From Deltaproteobacteria bacterium (GTDB lineage Bacteria; SAR324; NAC60-12), in assembly GCA_038150265.1 (NCBI GenBank), contig JAYOTF010000023.1:1-51636 (forward strand): a stretch of 51,636 nt of DNA. Reading direction: 5' to 3'. Both the position numbers and the translations under genes were made by a program. Below, piece by piece: positions 29,235-38,869 of this stretch; position 1 is the stretch's first letter, and every line of letters starts with the position of its first letter. The notes below the pieces were generated by a model. That model was not told where the DNA came from. It was given only the letters and a program-made list of their open reading frames with translations, and ran no database searches.

Positions 29235-30875
29235 ATGTCCAGTTTCAGCCGTAGCGGGGCTCAGGTGCTCGTGGACCAACTCCTGTTGCACGGAGTGGAC
29301 ACCGCCTTTTGTGTTCCCGGAGAAAGTTACCTCGCGCTCCTGGATGCCCTCCACGACGTCTCGGACCGCATCCGCCTCATCACCTGCCGTCATGAAGCCG
29401 GTGCCGCCAACATGGCAGAAGCCTACGGCAAGCTCACCGGAAAGCCCGGGCTCTGTTTGGTGACCCGAGGGCCCGGAGCCACTCAGGCCAGTGTCGGGCT
29501 GCACACGGCCTTTCAGGACTCAACTCCGCTGCTGCTGCTGGTGGGGCAGGTCCAACGCGAGGCTTTGGGGCGGGAAGCCTTTCAGGAGGTCCGGCATGAG
29601 AACCTCTTTCAGGAGGTCAGCAAGTGGACGCAGGAAATTCAGGATCCCCAGCGCCTTCCGGAATTCCTGGCGCGCGCGTTTCATGTGGCGCAGGCTGGGC
29701 GTCCCGGACCCGTGGTGCTGGCACTGCCGCAGGACATGCTGACGGAGTCCTGCACCGTGGCGGATGCTCGGCCGGTTCGGCAGACGGCTCCGGAACCGGG
29801 GGTGGCGGTGCTGCGAGAGTTGCGGGAACGTCTGGACGCCGCCCAGCGTCCGATGCTGATTGTGGGAGGCCCGCACTGGAGTGAAGCGGCTCGTGAGAAC
29901 CTGGAACAGTTTGCCTCACGCTGGAAGCTCCCGGTTGCCACGTCGTTCCGGTGCCAGGACCGGATCGACAACCGACACCCCTGTTATGCTGGCGAACTGG
30001 GAACCTCCGCCTCGGCCCGGCTCAACCAGCGAATTCAGGAAGCGGACCTGCTGCTGGTCCTCGGAGCACGGTTGGGTGAGATGACGACACAGGGGTACAC
30101 GCTGCTCCAGATTCCGGTTCCGGAGCAAACGCTGGTGCAGGTGCATCCGGATCCGGATGAGCTGAACACGGTTTATCAGGCCGACCTTCCGGTGGCCGTG
30201 AGCGCGCCCTCGATGGTGGCCGCCCTGGCGTCCTGGCGTCCGGACTCCACTCCGGTGTGGCAACCCTGGCAGGAGGAACTCCACCAAGACTATCAGGCGC
30301 ACGTGGCCGTTCCAGAACTGGAGACGCCGCTCAACCTGGCTGCTGCGGTGCAGACCCTCCGGAAGCAGCTTCCAGCAGACACGATCTTCACCAATGGGGC
30401 GGGAAATTATGCGGCGTGGGCCAATCGCTTCAGCCAGTTCTTTCAGTACCCCACGCAGGTGGCTCCCACCAGCGGCGCCATGGGGTATGGCCTTCCGGCT
30501 GCGTTGGCAGCAAAGGTGTGCCATCCGGACCGAGCGGTGGTCTGCTTTGCTGGAGACGGCTGCTTCCTCATGGCCGCCAACGAGCTGGCAACGGCCGTTC
30601 AGTACGACCTGGCGGTGGTGGTGGTGGTGGTGAATAACGGCATGTACGGAACCATCCGGGCGCATCAGGAGCGGCACTACCCGGGACGCGTGCATGGGAC
30701 CTCGTTGCGCAATCCGGATTTTGCCGCCCTGGCCACCGCGTTTGGCGCTCATGGAGAGGTGGTGTCGGCCACAGAAGAGCTGGCGCCAGCGCTTCAGCGG
30801 GCACTGGATTCCGGAAAACCGGCGGTGCTGGAGCTGCGCTTTGAACCCTCGATTCTGAGCCTCAAGGGCATTTAG
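29235..30875 (+). CDS. Thiamine pyrophosphate-binding protein (acetolactate synthase large subunit-like)
   Basis: VPGESYL, RHEAGA, TRGPG, SGAMGYG and GDG...NN motifs. Confidence 0.92.
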   Translation: MSSFSRSGAQVLVDQLLLHGVDTAFCVPGESYLALLDALHDVSDRIRLITCRHEAGAANMAEAYGKLTGKPGLCLVTRGPGATQASVGLHTAFQDSTPLLLLVGQVQREALGREAFQEVRHENLFQEVSKWTQEIQDPQRLPEFLARAFHVAQAGRPGPVVLALPQDMLTESCTVADARPVRQTAPEPGVAVLRELRERLDAAQRPMLIVGGPHWSEAARENLEQFASRWKLPVATSFRCQDRIDNRHPCYAGELGTSASARLNQRIQEADLLLVLGARLGEMTTQGYTLLQIPVPEQTLVQVHPDPDELNTVYQADLPVAVSAPSMVAALASWRPDSTPVWQPWQEELHQDYQAHVAVPELETPLNLAAAVQTLRKQLPADTIFTNGAGNYAAWANRFSQFFQYPTQVAPTSGAMGYGLPAALAAKVCHPDRAVVCFAGDGCFLMAANELATAVQYDLAVVVVVVNNGMYGTIRAHQERHYPGRVHGTSLRNPDFAALATAFGAHGEVVSATEELAPALQRALDSGKPAVLELRFEPSILSLKGI

Positions 30876-30888
30876 GCGACCCGCCTGT

Positions 30889-31029
30889 TCACGCGCGGCG
30901 TTGAGACCGGCAGCGCTCGCTGCAGTACTTGACTTCCTCCCAACACGACGCCCACTTCTTCCTCCACGCAAACGGACGCTGGCACACCAGACACATTTTT
31001 TCCGGAAGGTGGGGCTTGCGGTGTGGCAT
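30889..31029 (-). CDS. DUF2256 family small Cys-rich protein (46 aa, not in the ORF track)
   Basis: MPHRKPHLPEKMCLVCQRPFAWRKKWASCWEEVKYCSERCRSQRRA. TAATG overlap with the upstream stop codon. Confidence 0.88.
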   Translation of the reverse strand: MPHRKPHLPEKMCLVCQRPFAWRKKWASCWEEVKYCSERCRSQRRA

Positions 31030-31970
31030 TACTCCAGGACCGCCCACGCCAGCAGGGACTCCAGAAACTCCGCCTTGAACCGATTGGCATCGACCTCCAG
31101 GGCAACGTGCAGATTCGGAGGCTCCGAATGCCGCCCGCGTCGATCGACCACCGTCATGCCGCGTGTGAAGGTGCCCTGAACCTCAACGGCGGTATGTCGG
31201 AACTCCGTCTTGACGAGGTCCGGGTGAACCGCGACTCCTGCAGCCAGTGGATCGTGCAGCACACAGCGTGGCCAGCCCGAAAGCTCGCCATAGGCATTGG
31301 TGATGAAGCCGATGATCTGCAGCAGGAACCGCGCGCGGTCGGTGTCGAGGGTTTCCAGCGGCCCCAGGTCGGCCGGTTCGAGGTACGTCTGGTGGGTGAC
31401 ATCGAGGCCAACGAGGGTCATGTTGGCCCCGGATGCAAAGACAATCTGGGCGGCTTCCGGGTCGTTGGCAATGTTGGCTTCAGCAACCGGGGAGACGTTT
31501 CCGGTGAAGAGGGCGCCGCCCATGATGACGATGCGTTGAAGCCGCTGGGCGAGCCCAGGATCACGCAACAGAGCGAGGGCGACGTTGGTGAGGGGAGCGG
31601 TGGTGAGGAGGGTCAGTTCCCCTGCGTGTTCATGGCTCAGCCGGAGGATCAGGTCATCTGCGCTTTCCGGGACGGCCTCGCGCTGTGGCGGCTCGAGAAA
31701 GGTGTTGCCCAGCCCTTCTTCCCCGTGGACGTAAGGCGCCGGATTGAGCGGGGCCAGCAACGGCCGCTCTGCGCCGCGTGCGACCGGCACGTCCAGTTCC
31801 AGCAACTCCCACATCTTCAGGGTATTCCGGGTGGTCTGGTCCACATGGACGTTGCCTCCAACGGTGCTGCATCCCAGCAGCTGAACCCGTCCCTGGTGCT
31901 GCAGGTGGGCCAGGTACACCAGGGCCAGGGCATCATCAATGCCGGTGTCCACATCGGCGATCAGCTTCAC
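31029..31970 (-). CDS. Inosine/uridine-preferring nucleoside hydrolase
   Basis: DVDTGIDD, HGEEGLG, PLTN, MGG, AEAN and LHDP motifs. GTG start after GAGGAG. Confidence 0.92.
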   Translation of the reverse strand: MKLIADVDTGIDDALALVYLAHLQHQGRVQLLGCSTVGGNVHVDQTTRNTLKMWELLELDVPVARGAERPLLAPLNPAPYVHGEEGLGNTFLEPPQREAVPESADDLILRLSHEHAGELTLLTTAPLTNVALALLRDPGLAQRLQRIVIMGGALFTGNVSPVAEANIANDPEAAQIVFASGANMTLVGLDVTHQTYLEPADLGPLETLDTDRARFLLQIIGFITNAYGELSGWPRCVLHDPLAAGVAVHPDLVKTEFRHTAVEVQGTFTRGMTVVDRRGRHSEPPNLHVALEVDANRFKAEFLESLLAWAVLE

Positions 31971-31973
31971 AAG

Positions 31974-32117
31974 TTACTCCTCAACAGGTTGCGTGGCATC
32001 TTGAGCAGGCGGCGGAGGCTGCTCGGCTTTCATGCGTTGATCAATCCAGTCCACGACCAGCAGGATGGCTCCAATGATGGCAAAGCTGATCAGGTAATTC
32101 CGTAGAATGCGCGGCAT
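31974..32117 (-). CDS. Small single-TM hypothetical protein (47 aa, not in the ORF track)
   Basis: MPRILRNYLISFAIIGAILLVVDWIDQRMKAEQPPPPAQDATQPVEE. The ATG directly abuts the hsp20 TAA and the ORF fills the intergenic gap exactly. Confidence 0.7.
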   Translation of the reverse strand: MPRILRNYLISFAIIGAILLVVDWIDQRMKAEQPPPPAQDATQPVEE

Positions 32118-32552
32118 TTAGGTCTCTGATTCGGTCACTTCCGAGGGGTCAAGGGGAATGCGGATCTGCAGGATGCCGTGCTCCAGGTGCATCTCGGGAG
32201 GGCCACTGGTCTTCACCGGAAGGGCAAACTCGCAGGCAAAGGGGCCACTGGGGCGTCCCTGGTGCAGAAAATGGAATCCGTCCCCGCTGTGCTGAGGGAA
32301 CGAGCCGGTCACCCGGAAGCGGTGCTCCTGAAGTTCGAGCTGGACTCCATTGGGAAGCACCCCAGGCAGGTTGATGGCAAGAAGCAGCTCGTCAGCGCTC
32401 TGCAGAATGTCAAAATCGGGGTAGACCGTACTCCGGTCTGAAGCCGGTTCGGGCTCTGGAGGATGCTCCAGGAGCTCCTTCAGCCGTTGATCGTTTCGCT
32501 TTTTGCGCTCGAAGAGGTGCTCGAGTTCAGCAGGATCGGGTGTGCGACTCAT
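32118..32552 (-). CDS. Hsp20/alpha-crystallin family small heat-shock protein
   Basis: [14 protein letters not shown] and HGILQIRIP alpha-crystallin motifs. Confidence 0.85.
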   Translation of the reverse strand: MSRTPDPAELEHLFERKKRNDQRLKELLEHPPEPEPASDRSTVYPDFDILQSADELLLAINLPGVLPNGVQLELQEHRFRVTGSFPQHSGDGFHFLHQGRPSGPFACEFALPVKTSGPPEMHLEHGILQIRIPLDPSEVTESET

Positions 32553-32679
32553 TCGGGTGCTTTGTGTGCAGATGCAAAATGACACTTGCAAACATCAGCA
32601 TAACCCGATAAACCAAACAGTCAACTTGCACCACCCGTCCCCGTTTATCTCTGAAACCTCAGACTTTGCAGGAGAGCTC

Positions 32680-34251
32680 ATGGACCTGAGTTGGGAACAT
32701 TTTTGTCAGAATCATTTCGATTTTCCAGGCCTGACCCTCTCATTGGATACCTCCCGGGTGGGGTGGCCGCGTCCTGAAGACGCTCCTGCCTTTTCGGCGT
32801 TGGAGTCCGCGTTTGCGGCCATGCAGGCGCTTGAAGCAGGCGCCATGGCGAATCCTGATGAACAGCGTCAGGTGGGGCACTACTGGCTCCGGAGTCCGGA
32901 GTTGGCGCCAACCTCGGAGCAGCGTGCTGCCATTGAAGCCTCCCATGAGCAGATCCGGCAGTTTGTGGGCGAGGTTCACCGGGCAGAACTGGTGGGCTCA
33001 ACCGGGAAGCCCTTCACGCAGCTGCTCCTCATCGGCATCGGTGGCTCCGCGCTCGGACCGCAGTTGGTGGCCAATGCCCTCGGTGGCTCCAGCAACCCGA
33101 TGCAGGTGCACTTCTTTGACAACACCGACCCAGACGGCATGGACCGTGTGCTGGAAGCCCTGGAGGGCCAACTGCCACAGACGCTGGTGGTGGTGATTTC
33201 AAAATCCGGAGGAACCAAGGAAACCCGAAATGGCATGCTGGAGGCGCAGCATGCGTTCCTGAAGGCCGGCCTTGAGTTTGCCCGGCACGCCGTCGCCGTC
33301 ACCGGAGTCGGAAGCGCCCTCTCAGAAACGGCTGCTGCCGACGGCTGGCTGGAACGGTTCCCGATGTGGGACTGGGTCGGAGGACGAACCTCGGAAACCG
33401 CGGTGGTGGGGTTGCTCCCAGCCGCCCTGCAGGGCCTCGACTGGGAAGGAATGCTGGACGGGGCTCGTGAGATGGACGCGGTGACCCGGATTCCAGACGT
33501 GCGGCAAAACCCTGCCGCGCTGCTGGCCCTCGCGTGGCACACCCTGACGGAAGGCAACGCCCAGAAAGCGATGGTGGTGCTGCCGTACAAGGACCGCCTG
33601 GAACTCTTCAGCCGCTACCTGCAGCAGCTGGTGATGGAGTCCCTCGGCAAGGAGCAGGACCTCTCGGGCGCGACCGTGCACCAGGGCCTGACGGTTTACG
33701 GCAACAAGGGCTCAACCGATCAGCACGCCTACATTCAGCAGCTGCGAGAGGGCCCCAACGACTTCTTTGCCGTCTTTCTGGAAGTCCTGAAGGACCGGGA
33801 GGGCGTGACCATCGACGTGGAGCCCGGGGTGACCTCTGGAGACTACCTCCACGGCTTCTTTCAAGGAACCCGGACCGCCCTGGCAGAAAATGAGCGGGCG
33901 TCCTTGACCCTGACGCTGGAGCAGGTGAACGCCTTCAGTGTGGGAGCGCTGATTGCGCTGTTTGAGCGGGCGGTGGGGCTGTATGCCTCGCTGGTCGGCA
34001 TCAACGCCTACCACCAGCCTGGAGTGGAAGCCGGGAAGGTGGCGGCCGGTGCCGTGATTGACCTGCAGGGCAAGAGCCTCGGGTGGTTTCAGCAAAACAG
34101 CGGTCGCGCGGTGACGGCTCCGGAGCTGGCCCAAGAATTGGGTCAGGCCGCAGACACCGAGACGCTCTTCCGCATCTTGAGGCACCTGGCGGCCAACAAC
34201 CGCCTGACCCAATCCGGGACGGGTCCGGAGGCTCGCTTTCAGGTGGGCTAA
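32680..34251 (+). CDS. pgi: Glucose-6-phosphate isomerase
   Basis: [32 protein letters not shown] and QPGVEAGK motifs. Confidence 0.96.
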   Translation: MDLSWEHFCQNHFDFPGLTLSLDTSRVGWPRPEDAPAFSALESAFAAMQALEAGAMANPDEQRQVGHYWLRSPELAPTSEQRAAIEASHEQIRQFVGEVHRAELVGSTGKPFTQLLLIGIGGSALGPQLVANALGGSSNPMQVHFFDNTDPDGMDRVLEALEGQLPQTLVVVISKSGGTKETRNGMLEAQHAFLKAGLEFARHAVAVTGVGSALSETAAADGWLERFPMWDWVGGRTSETAVVGLLPAALQGLDWEGMLDGAREMDAVTRIPDVRQNPAALLALAWHTLTEGNAQKAMVVLPYKDRLELFSRYLQQLVMESLGKEQDLSGATVHQGLTVYGNKGSTDQHAYIQQLREGPNDFFAVFLEVLKDREGVTIDVEPGVTSGDYLHGFFQGTRTALAENERASLTLTLEQVNAFSVGALIALFERAVGLYASLVGINAYHQPGVEAGKVAAGAVIDLQGKSLGWFQQNSGRAVTAPELAQELGQAADTETLFRILRHLAANNRLTQSGTGPEARFQVG

Positions 34252-35024
34252 GGCGTGGTCAGAGAGGTGAGCCGGTGCCGCGTTTCGCCTTCTGTAAACT
34301 CCAGAATCCAGTGGGGGGCCGGCTTGGCGATCAGAAATCGAAAGTGTGTCTTGCTTTTCGGGAGCATCAACCGCAACATCGCGGACTCCGGATAGGCAAG
34401 GATTTGGTCGGCCTGAACGCGTCCCAGCTCCGAATCCACCTCCTGGGTGCCTTCTCGTACCACGACCATGCTGACCAGGCTCATGGAACGCGGGAGGTTG
34501 TTGCGCTCCAGCTCCAGAGCCAGCGCCGGAAGGTAGAGGGAGAACGTCAGGCGGGGGTGCTCATCAAAGGCCGACAGGTTCTTGCGGAGAAACAGCATCA
34601 GGGTTTCCAGAGGCACCACACCGGATTGAGGAACATCCAGGGTGAACTCTCGGACGTCTCCTTTCTCCGTCAGGCGGGTTTGGATCTGTCCGGAGGTGTA
34701 GGCATTTTCAATCCGTAGCTCCTTCCGCAGATCTTCTTCGACATAATGAGAGGGCTGCCAGGTCTGAGGATCCAGGCGGACCTGTTTGCGGGAAAAGACC
34801 TCGCCGTCGGGCTTGGTGTTCTCATTGAACTCCAGCAGGAAGGCGGCTTCGTCTCCGGTGCCCTGGGTGTAGCGGAAGACGCTCTGTCCCGTGACCTCCT
34901 GCCGTTGCAGGTGGAAGTGCTCATACACCAGTTCGGTCCCTGCCGAAAGCAAGGGAGCCGCGTGTCCGAGCGCCGGCGTCATTACCAGCAGCACCAGCCA
35001 CCCCATCAGGTGGTTTCGTTTCAT
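34248..35024 (-). CDS. Hypothetical secreted beta-rich protein
   Basis: Signal peptide [22 protein letters not shown]. Convergent overlap with the pgi stop. Confidence 0.7.
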   Translation of the reverse strand: MKRNHLMGWLVLLVMTPALGHAAPLLSAGTELVYEHFHLQRQEVTGQSVFRYTQGTGDEAAFLLEFNENTKPDGEVFSRKQVRLDPQTWQPSHYVEEDLRKELRIENAYTSGQIQTRLTEKGDVREFTLDVPQSGVVPLETLMLFLRKNLSAFDEHPRLTFSLYLPALALELERNNLPRSMSLVSMVVVREGTQEVDSELGRVQADQILAYPESAMLRLMLPKSKTHFRFLIAKPAPHWILEFTEGETRHRLTSLTTP

Positions 35025-35061
35025 CGTGTTCAACATCTTTCCTGGATTCATTCAACTGAAT

Positions 35062-36420
35062 ATGTCTCGACCTCCGGACCGTCCCCGACACTTTCGACGA
35101 CGCCCGTCTCCCTCGGGTTCTCAGCTTTCGGCGCGTTCGGCGGTGCTGCAAGCTTTTTCGCGGTTCGCTCAAGCGCAGGAAGCCTTGCCGGAGCCTCCGG
35201 AGGCCCTGTCTGACCGAGATCGGCGCCTCTACACCCAGATGCTGCAGGGGCTGCTGCGACACGACCGCTGGTTGTCGCAGCTGGTGCGTCAGCGTCTCCG
35301 GACCGGACGGCTTCCGGATCCGGAGGTGGAAGCGGTTTTGAAGCTGGGAGCCCTGGAGCTGTTGTTGCTGGAACGCCTCCCTGATCATGCCACGCTCAAC
35401 GAAGCGGTGCAATTGGTTCGTGAACGCGGGTGGGCCCGAGCAGCAGGTTTGGTGAATGCCGTCCTCCGGACGCTGCAGCGCGATCGAGACGCCGGACGCA
35501 TTGATCCGGCAGAGGGGACGCTGGCCGTTCGGACCTCTCATCCAGACTGGATGGTGGCGCGCTGGGAAGCCACTTACGGCCCAGACACGACCCGACAGAT
35601 CTGTGAGGCCAACAACACCTTTGAAGGTGTGACGCTGGTACCCGCTCCGGGTTGGGAGGGCGCTCGCCTGAAAGAAGCGCTGGAGGCGGAAGGCCTGACC
35701 CTTGAGCCCCACCCGGCGCATCCGGAGCTCTGGCGCGCGCCTCGAAGCGCTGGACTCTGGGACAGTGAAGCGTACCGCGCCGGAGGCTTTTGGGTGCAGG
35801 ATTCCTCATCGTTTCTGTTTGCTGAGGCCGTTGCTCCGCTCCTGACGGGGCAGGGGTTGGACGTCTGTGCCGCGCCCGGAGGCAAGACCCTCGGGCTGCT
35901 CCGTCAGCGTCCGGACCTCACGCTTCTGGCTGCCGATCGCTCCCTGGAGCGCCTGAAGGCCCTCCGCCGCAACTTCAGGAGGCTGAACCTGCCGCTTCCG
36001 GAGTTGCTGGTGGCCGATGGAACGGAGCTGCCGTTTGCGGCAGAGCGCTTTGATTGGATTCTGCTGGATGCCCCGTGTTCCGCGACCGGGACCATTCGTA
36101 AGAACCCGGACTTGAAGTGGCGCCGCTCTGCTGACACCTTATTGGGCCAATGTTCTCTTCAGCGCCACCTCCTGTTTGAAGCTGCCCGGCTGGTCCGTCC
36201 CGGGGGAACGATCGTGTATGCCACCTGCTCCCTGGAGCCGGAGGAGAACGAGCATCAGGCCCAGGCCTTCCTGGAGGCGCATTCCGATTTTGAAGCGCTG
36301 GCGTTTCCCCAAACCGCGGGCTCTGCCCGCTGGGTGACCCCTGAAGGCGCCCTCAAGATTGTGACGGATTCTGACCACATGGGCTTCTTTTCCCGGCTCC
36401 TGCGGAAAAAAAGCTCTTGA
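35062..36420 (+). CDS. rsmB: 16S rRNA m5C967 methyltransferase RsmB (NusB-like plus Sun/Fmu domains)
   Basis: LVNAVLR, SHPDW, DVCAAPGGKT, LLDAPCSATG and YATCS motifs. Confidence 0.9.
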   Translation: MSRPPDRPRHFRRRPSPSGSQLSARSAVLQAFSRFAQAQEALPEPPEALSDRDRRLYTQMLQGLLRHDRWLSQLVRQRLRTGRLPDPEVEAVLKLGALELLLLERLPDHATLNEAVQLVRERGWARAAGLVNAVLRTLQRDRDAGRIDPAEGTLAVRTSHPDWMVARWEATYGPDTTRQICEANNTFEGVTLVPAPGWEGARLKEALEAEGLTLEPHPAHPELWRAPRSAGLWDSEAYRAGGFWVQDSSSFLFAEAVAPLLTGQGLDVCAAPGGKTLGLLRQRPDLTLLAADRSLERLKALRRNFRRLNLPLPELLVADGTELPFAAERFDWILLDAPCSATGTIRKNPDLKWRRSADTLLGQCSLQRHLLFEAARLVRPGGTIVYATCSLEPEENEHQAQAFLEAHSDFEALAFPQTAGSARWVTPEGALKIVTDSDHMGFFSRLLRKKSS

Positions 36421-36423
36421 TTT

Positions 36424-36439
36424 TGGACCTGGTTTTGCA
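36424..36439 (+). promoter_or_regulatory. Candidate sigma-54 -24/-12 promoter of the dksA-fliR-flhB operon
   Basis: TGGACCTGGTTTTGCA has exact GG-N10-GC spacing with TTGCA, about 60 nt upstream of the ATG. Confidence 0.5.
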
Positions 36440-36499
36440 AGTATTACGTGCTTTTCTTATTAAACGCTCCTTGGCTTGGATCGTGGTTCTAGAGGATTT

Positions 36500-36889
36500 A
36501 TGAACGAAATCAAACAGCTACTACTTACCCGCAAAGAAGAGATCCTGGCTGGGTTGCGCGGACTCCGCGCAGAAGAGATCGACGATTCCCGTCGTGAGAT
36601 CGGGGACGACATTGACAACTCCGTGGAGTCTCAGGAGCACGAGATGCGGCTGCTCCTGCAAGACCGGGAGCGCCTGCAGCTTGAAGAGATCGAGGAGGCG
36701 ATCAACCGGATTGCCATTGGCGAATACGGGTTTTGTGAAGAGTGTGGGGATGAGATTGCCAAGAAGCGCCTGATGGTGATGCCCCTGGCGCGCATGTGCA
36801 TTTCCTGCCAGCAGGAGCAGGAGCGCTCCGGAGGCGGGGCCCTGAGCCGGGCGCCCTATTCCCAGTCCTACAACGTCCGGGAGGATTAA
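36500..36889 (+). CDS. dksA: DksA/TraR C4-type zinc finger protein
   Basis: Coiled-coil tip GDDIDNS and YGFCEECG...RL...P.ARMCISCQ zinc finger. Confidence 0.85.
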   Translation: MNEIKQLLLTRKEEILAGLRGLRAEEIDDSRREIGDDIDNSVESQEHEMRLLLQDRERLQLEEIEEAINRIAIGEYGFCEECGDEIAKKRLMVMPLARMCISCQQEQERSGGGALSRAPYSQSYNVRED

Positions 36890-36895
36890 GGCGCC

Positions 36896-37687
36896 ATGGC
36901 GGATCTGCTGAACTACGACGCGGCCCAGCTGCTCGGGTTCATTCTCGTGCTGATCCGCATTGGAAGCATGACCCTCACTGCACCGATCCTGAGCAGCAGC
37001 AACCTGTTTCCTCAGGCAAAGGTGGGGCTGTCGGTGGTGATGGCACTCATCATCTATCCGTTTGTGCCCGACCTTCCGGTGGCGCCGAATCAGCCCAGCC
37101 AGTACGTGCTCCTGATCTTTGGGGAGTTGCTGATTGGGCTGGTGCTGGGATTTTTGGGGCGGGCGATGTTTGCCGCCGTGGAATTTGCTGGCAGCATCAT
37201 TGGTCTGCAGATGGGCCTCAGCATGGCCAACGTCTTCGACCCGCAGTCGCAGCAGCAGGTGTCGCTGATTGGGCAGTTTGAGAACATCTTGGCGACCCTG
37301 GTCTTTTTGGTGCTGGACGGGCACCTGCTGATCATTCAGGCGCTCATCCGGAGCTACGACCTGCTTCCGGTGGGGGGCGCTCACATCAACAATGAGCTGA
37401 TGCAGATGATCACCCGGGTGACGGCTGGCGTGTTCTCGATTGGGTTCCAGCTGGGCGCCCCGCTGATCGTTTCGCTCTTTCTGGCAAACCTGATCATTGC
37501 CCTGCTGTCTCGAGCCGTCCCGCAGATTCAGGTTTTTGTGGTGGGCTTCCCCCTGACCCTGCTCCTGGGGTTCTTCTTCATCATGGTCGGCTTGCCGTTC
37601 TTCATCCCCGCGTTGCGGCAGATGTTTGGCATGCTGGACAACCAAATGCTGGACGCCTTGCGCGTCCTGGCACTTCCCAGCCCCTAG
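36896..37687 (+). CDS. fliR: Flagellar biosynthetic protein FliR
   Basis: AGSIIGLQMGLSMANVFDP, LDGHL and SRAVPQIQVFVVGFP motifs. Confidence 0.95.
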   Translation: MADLLNYDAAQLLGFILVLIRIGSMTLTAPILSSSNLFPQAKVGLSVVMALIIYPFVPDLPVAPNQPSQYVLLIFGELLIGLVLGFLGRAMFAAVEFAGSIIGLQMGLSMANVFDPQSQQQVSLIGQFENILATLVFLVLDGHLLIIQALIRSYDLLPVGGAHINNELMQMITRVTAGVFSIGFQLGAPLIVSLFLANLIIALLSRAVPQIQVFVVGFPLTLLLGFFFIMVGLPFFIPALRQMFGMLDNQMLDALRVLALPSP

Positions 37688-37690
37688 AGT

Positions 37691-38755
37691 ATGGCGGATC
37701 AAGGCGAGGAAAAGACTGAAGCCCCCACGGAGCGGCGCCGTCAGAAGGCGCGGGAAGAGGGGCAGGTGGCCAACAGCAAGGAACTGACTTCGGCGTTCAT
37801 GCTGGGGGGAGCCGCTCTGCTGCTGTATGCCACCGGATCCCTGTTTCTCGACTCCACCCGAGAAATGTTCCACAACAGCTTTTCAGAGATGGCGCCGGGG
37901 CAGGACTTTACGGTCTCGTTCATTTCCGGAAGGCTGGGGTCGGCTTTTTTGCCGATGCTGCCGATGATGGGGCTGCTTGCCGTGGTGCTGATCGGCCTGG
38001 CCATCTTGCTGTCGGTGGCACAGGTGGGGTTTCAGATCACAGGCAAACCGCTGGCGCCCAAATTTGAACGCATCAGCCCCCTCAGCGGCATCAAGCGCCT
38101 CTTCTCGAGTCAGGCGATTGCGGACTTCCTCAAGAGCCTGGCCAAGCTGACCATCGTGGGCGTCATCGGGTACCTGAGCTACCTGGACATGATCAACAAG
38201 ATGAACGGCCTGTCCGTTTTGCATCCGGAAGAGATTGTCTCGTTTAACTTTCAGGCAATTGCTGAAATTACAGGCAAAATCGTCCTGGCGTTGCTGGCAA
38301 TTGCCATCTTTGACCTGTTTTACCAGCGCTGGTACCACGAGCAGCAGCTGATGATGACGAAGCAGGAGACCAAGGAAGAGCACAAGGAAACGGAAGGGGA
38401 CCCGCAGCTGAAGTCGCGGATTCGTCAGATCCAGCGGGAGATGTCCAGCGCCCGGATGATGCAGGAAGTGCCGAAGGCAGACGCGATTGTGGTGAACCCG
38501 ACCCACTTTGCGGTGGCCCTGAAGTACGACCGCGAGATCATGGCGGCGCCTCAGGTGACGGCCAAGGGGGTGGACTTTTTGGCCCTGCGGATGAAAACCG
38601 TGGCTCGTGAGAGCAACGTCCCCATCATTGAAAAGCCGTCTCTGGCCCGTGAATTGTATGCTAACGTGGAGATCGGCGAGAACATTCCGGAACGTTTCTA
38701 CAAAGCCATTGCTGAAATTCTCGCCCAAATCTACCGCCTCCGGGGGCGACGCTGA
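37691..38755 (+). CDS. flhB: Flagellar biosynthesis protein FlhB
   Basis: EKTEAPT, EGDP and the NPTH autocleavage motif. Confidence 0.96.
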   Translation: MADQGEEKTEAPTERRRQKAREEGQVANSKELTSAFMLGGAALLLYATGSLFLDSTREMFHNSFSEMAPGQDFTVSFISGRLGSAFLPMLPMMGLLAVVLIGLAILLSVAQVGFQITGKPLAPKFERISPLSGIKRLFSSQAIADFLKSLAKLTIVGVIGYLSYLDMINKMNGLSVLHPEEIVSFNFQAIAEITGKIVLALLAIAIFDLFYQRWYHEQQLMMTKQETKEEHKETEGDPQLKSRIRQIQREMSSARMMQEVPKADAIVVNPTHFAVALKYDREIMAAPQVTAKGVDFLALRMKTVARESNVPIIEKPSLARELYANVEIGENIPERFYKAIAEILAQIYRLRGRR

Positions 38756-38869
38756 CGCCACGCGTAACCACCAATCAGCTTGAGATTTCCGGGAGGAACA
38801 AGAAACTCTTTCTTTTCGCTTTGAACAGGCTTTTGCCTCTAGCCACGTCATCCGATTCAGGAACCACCA

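Noticed and set aside
30613..30632. (GTG)n trinucleotide run
   Set aside because: It encodes the VVVVVV beta-strand before NN of the ThDP-binding motif and is not a contingency repeat.
30876..31028. Apparent intergenic gap between convergent genes, considered as an ncRNA
   Set aside because: It is explained by the 46-aa DUF2256 coding sequence on the minus strand.
38821..38838. Sigma-54-like element upstream of flhA (TTGAAC-AGGCT-TTTGC)
   Set aside because: It has GA instead of the invariant GG at -24.
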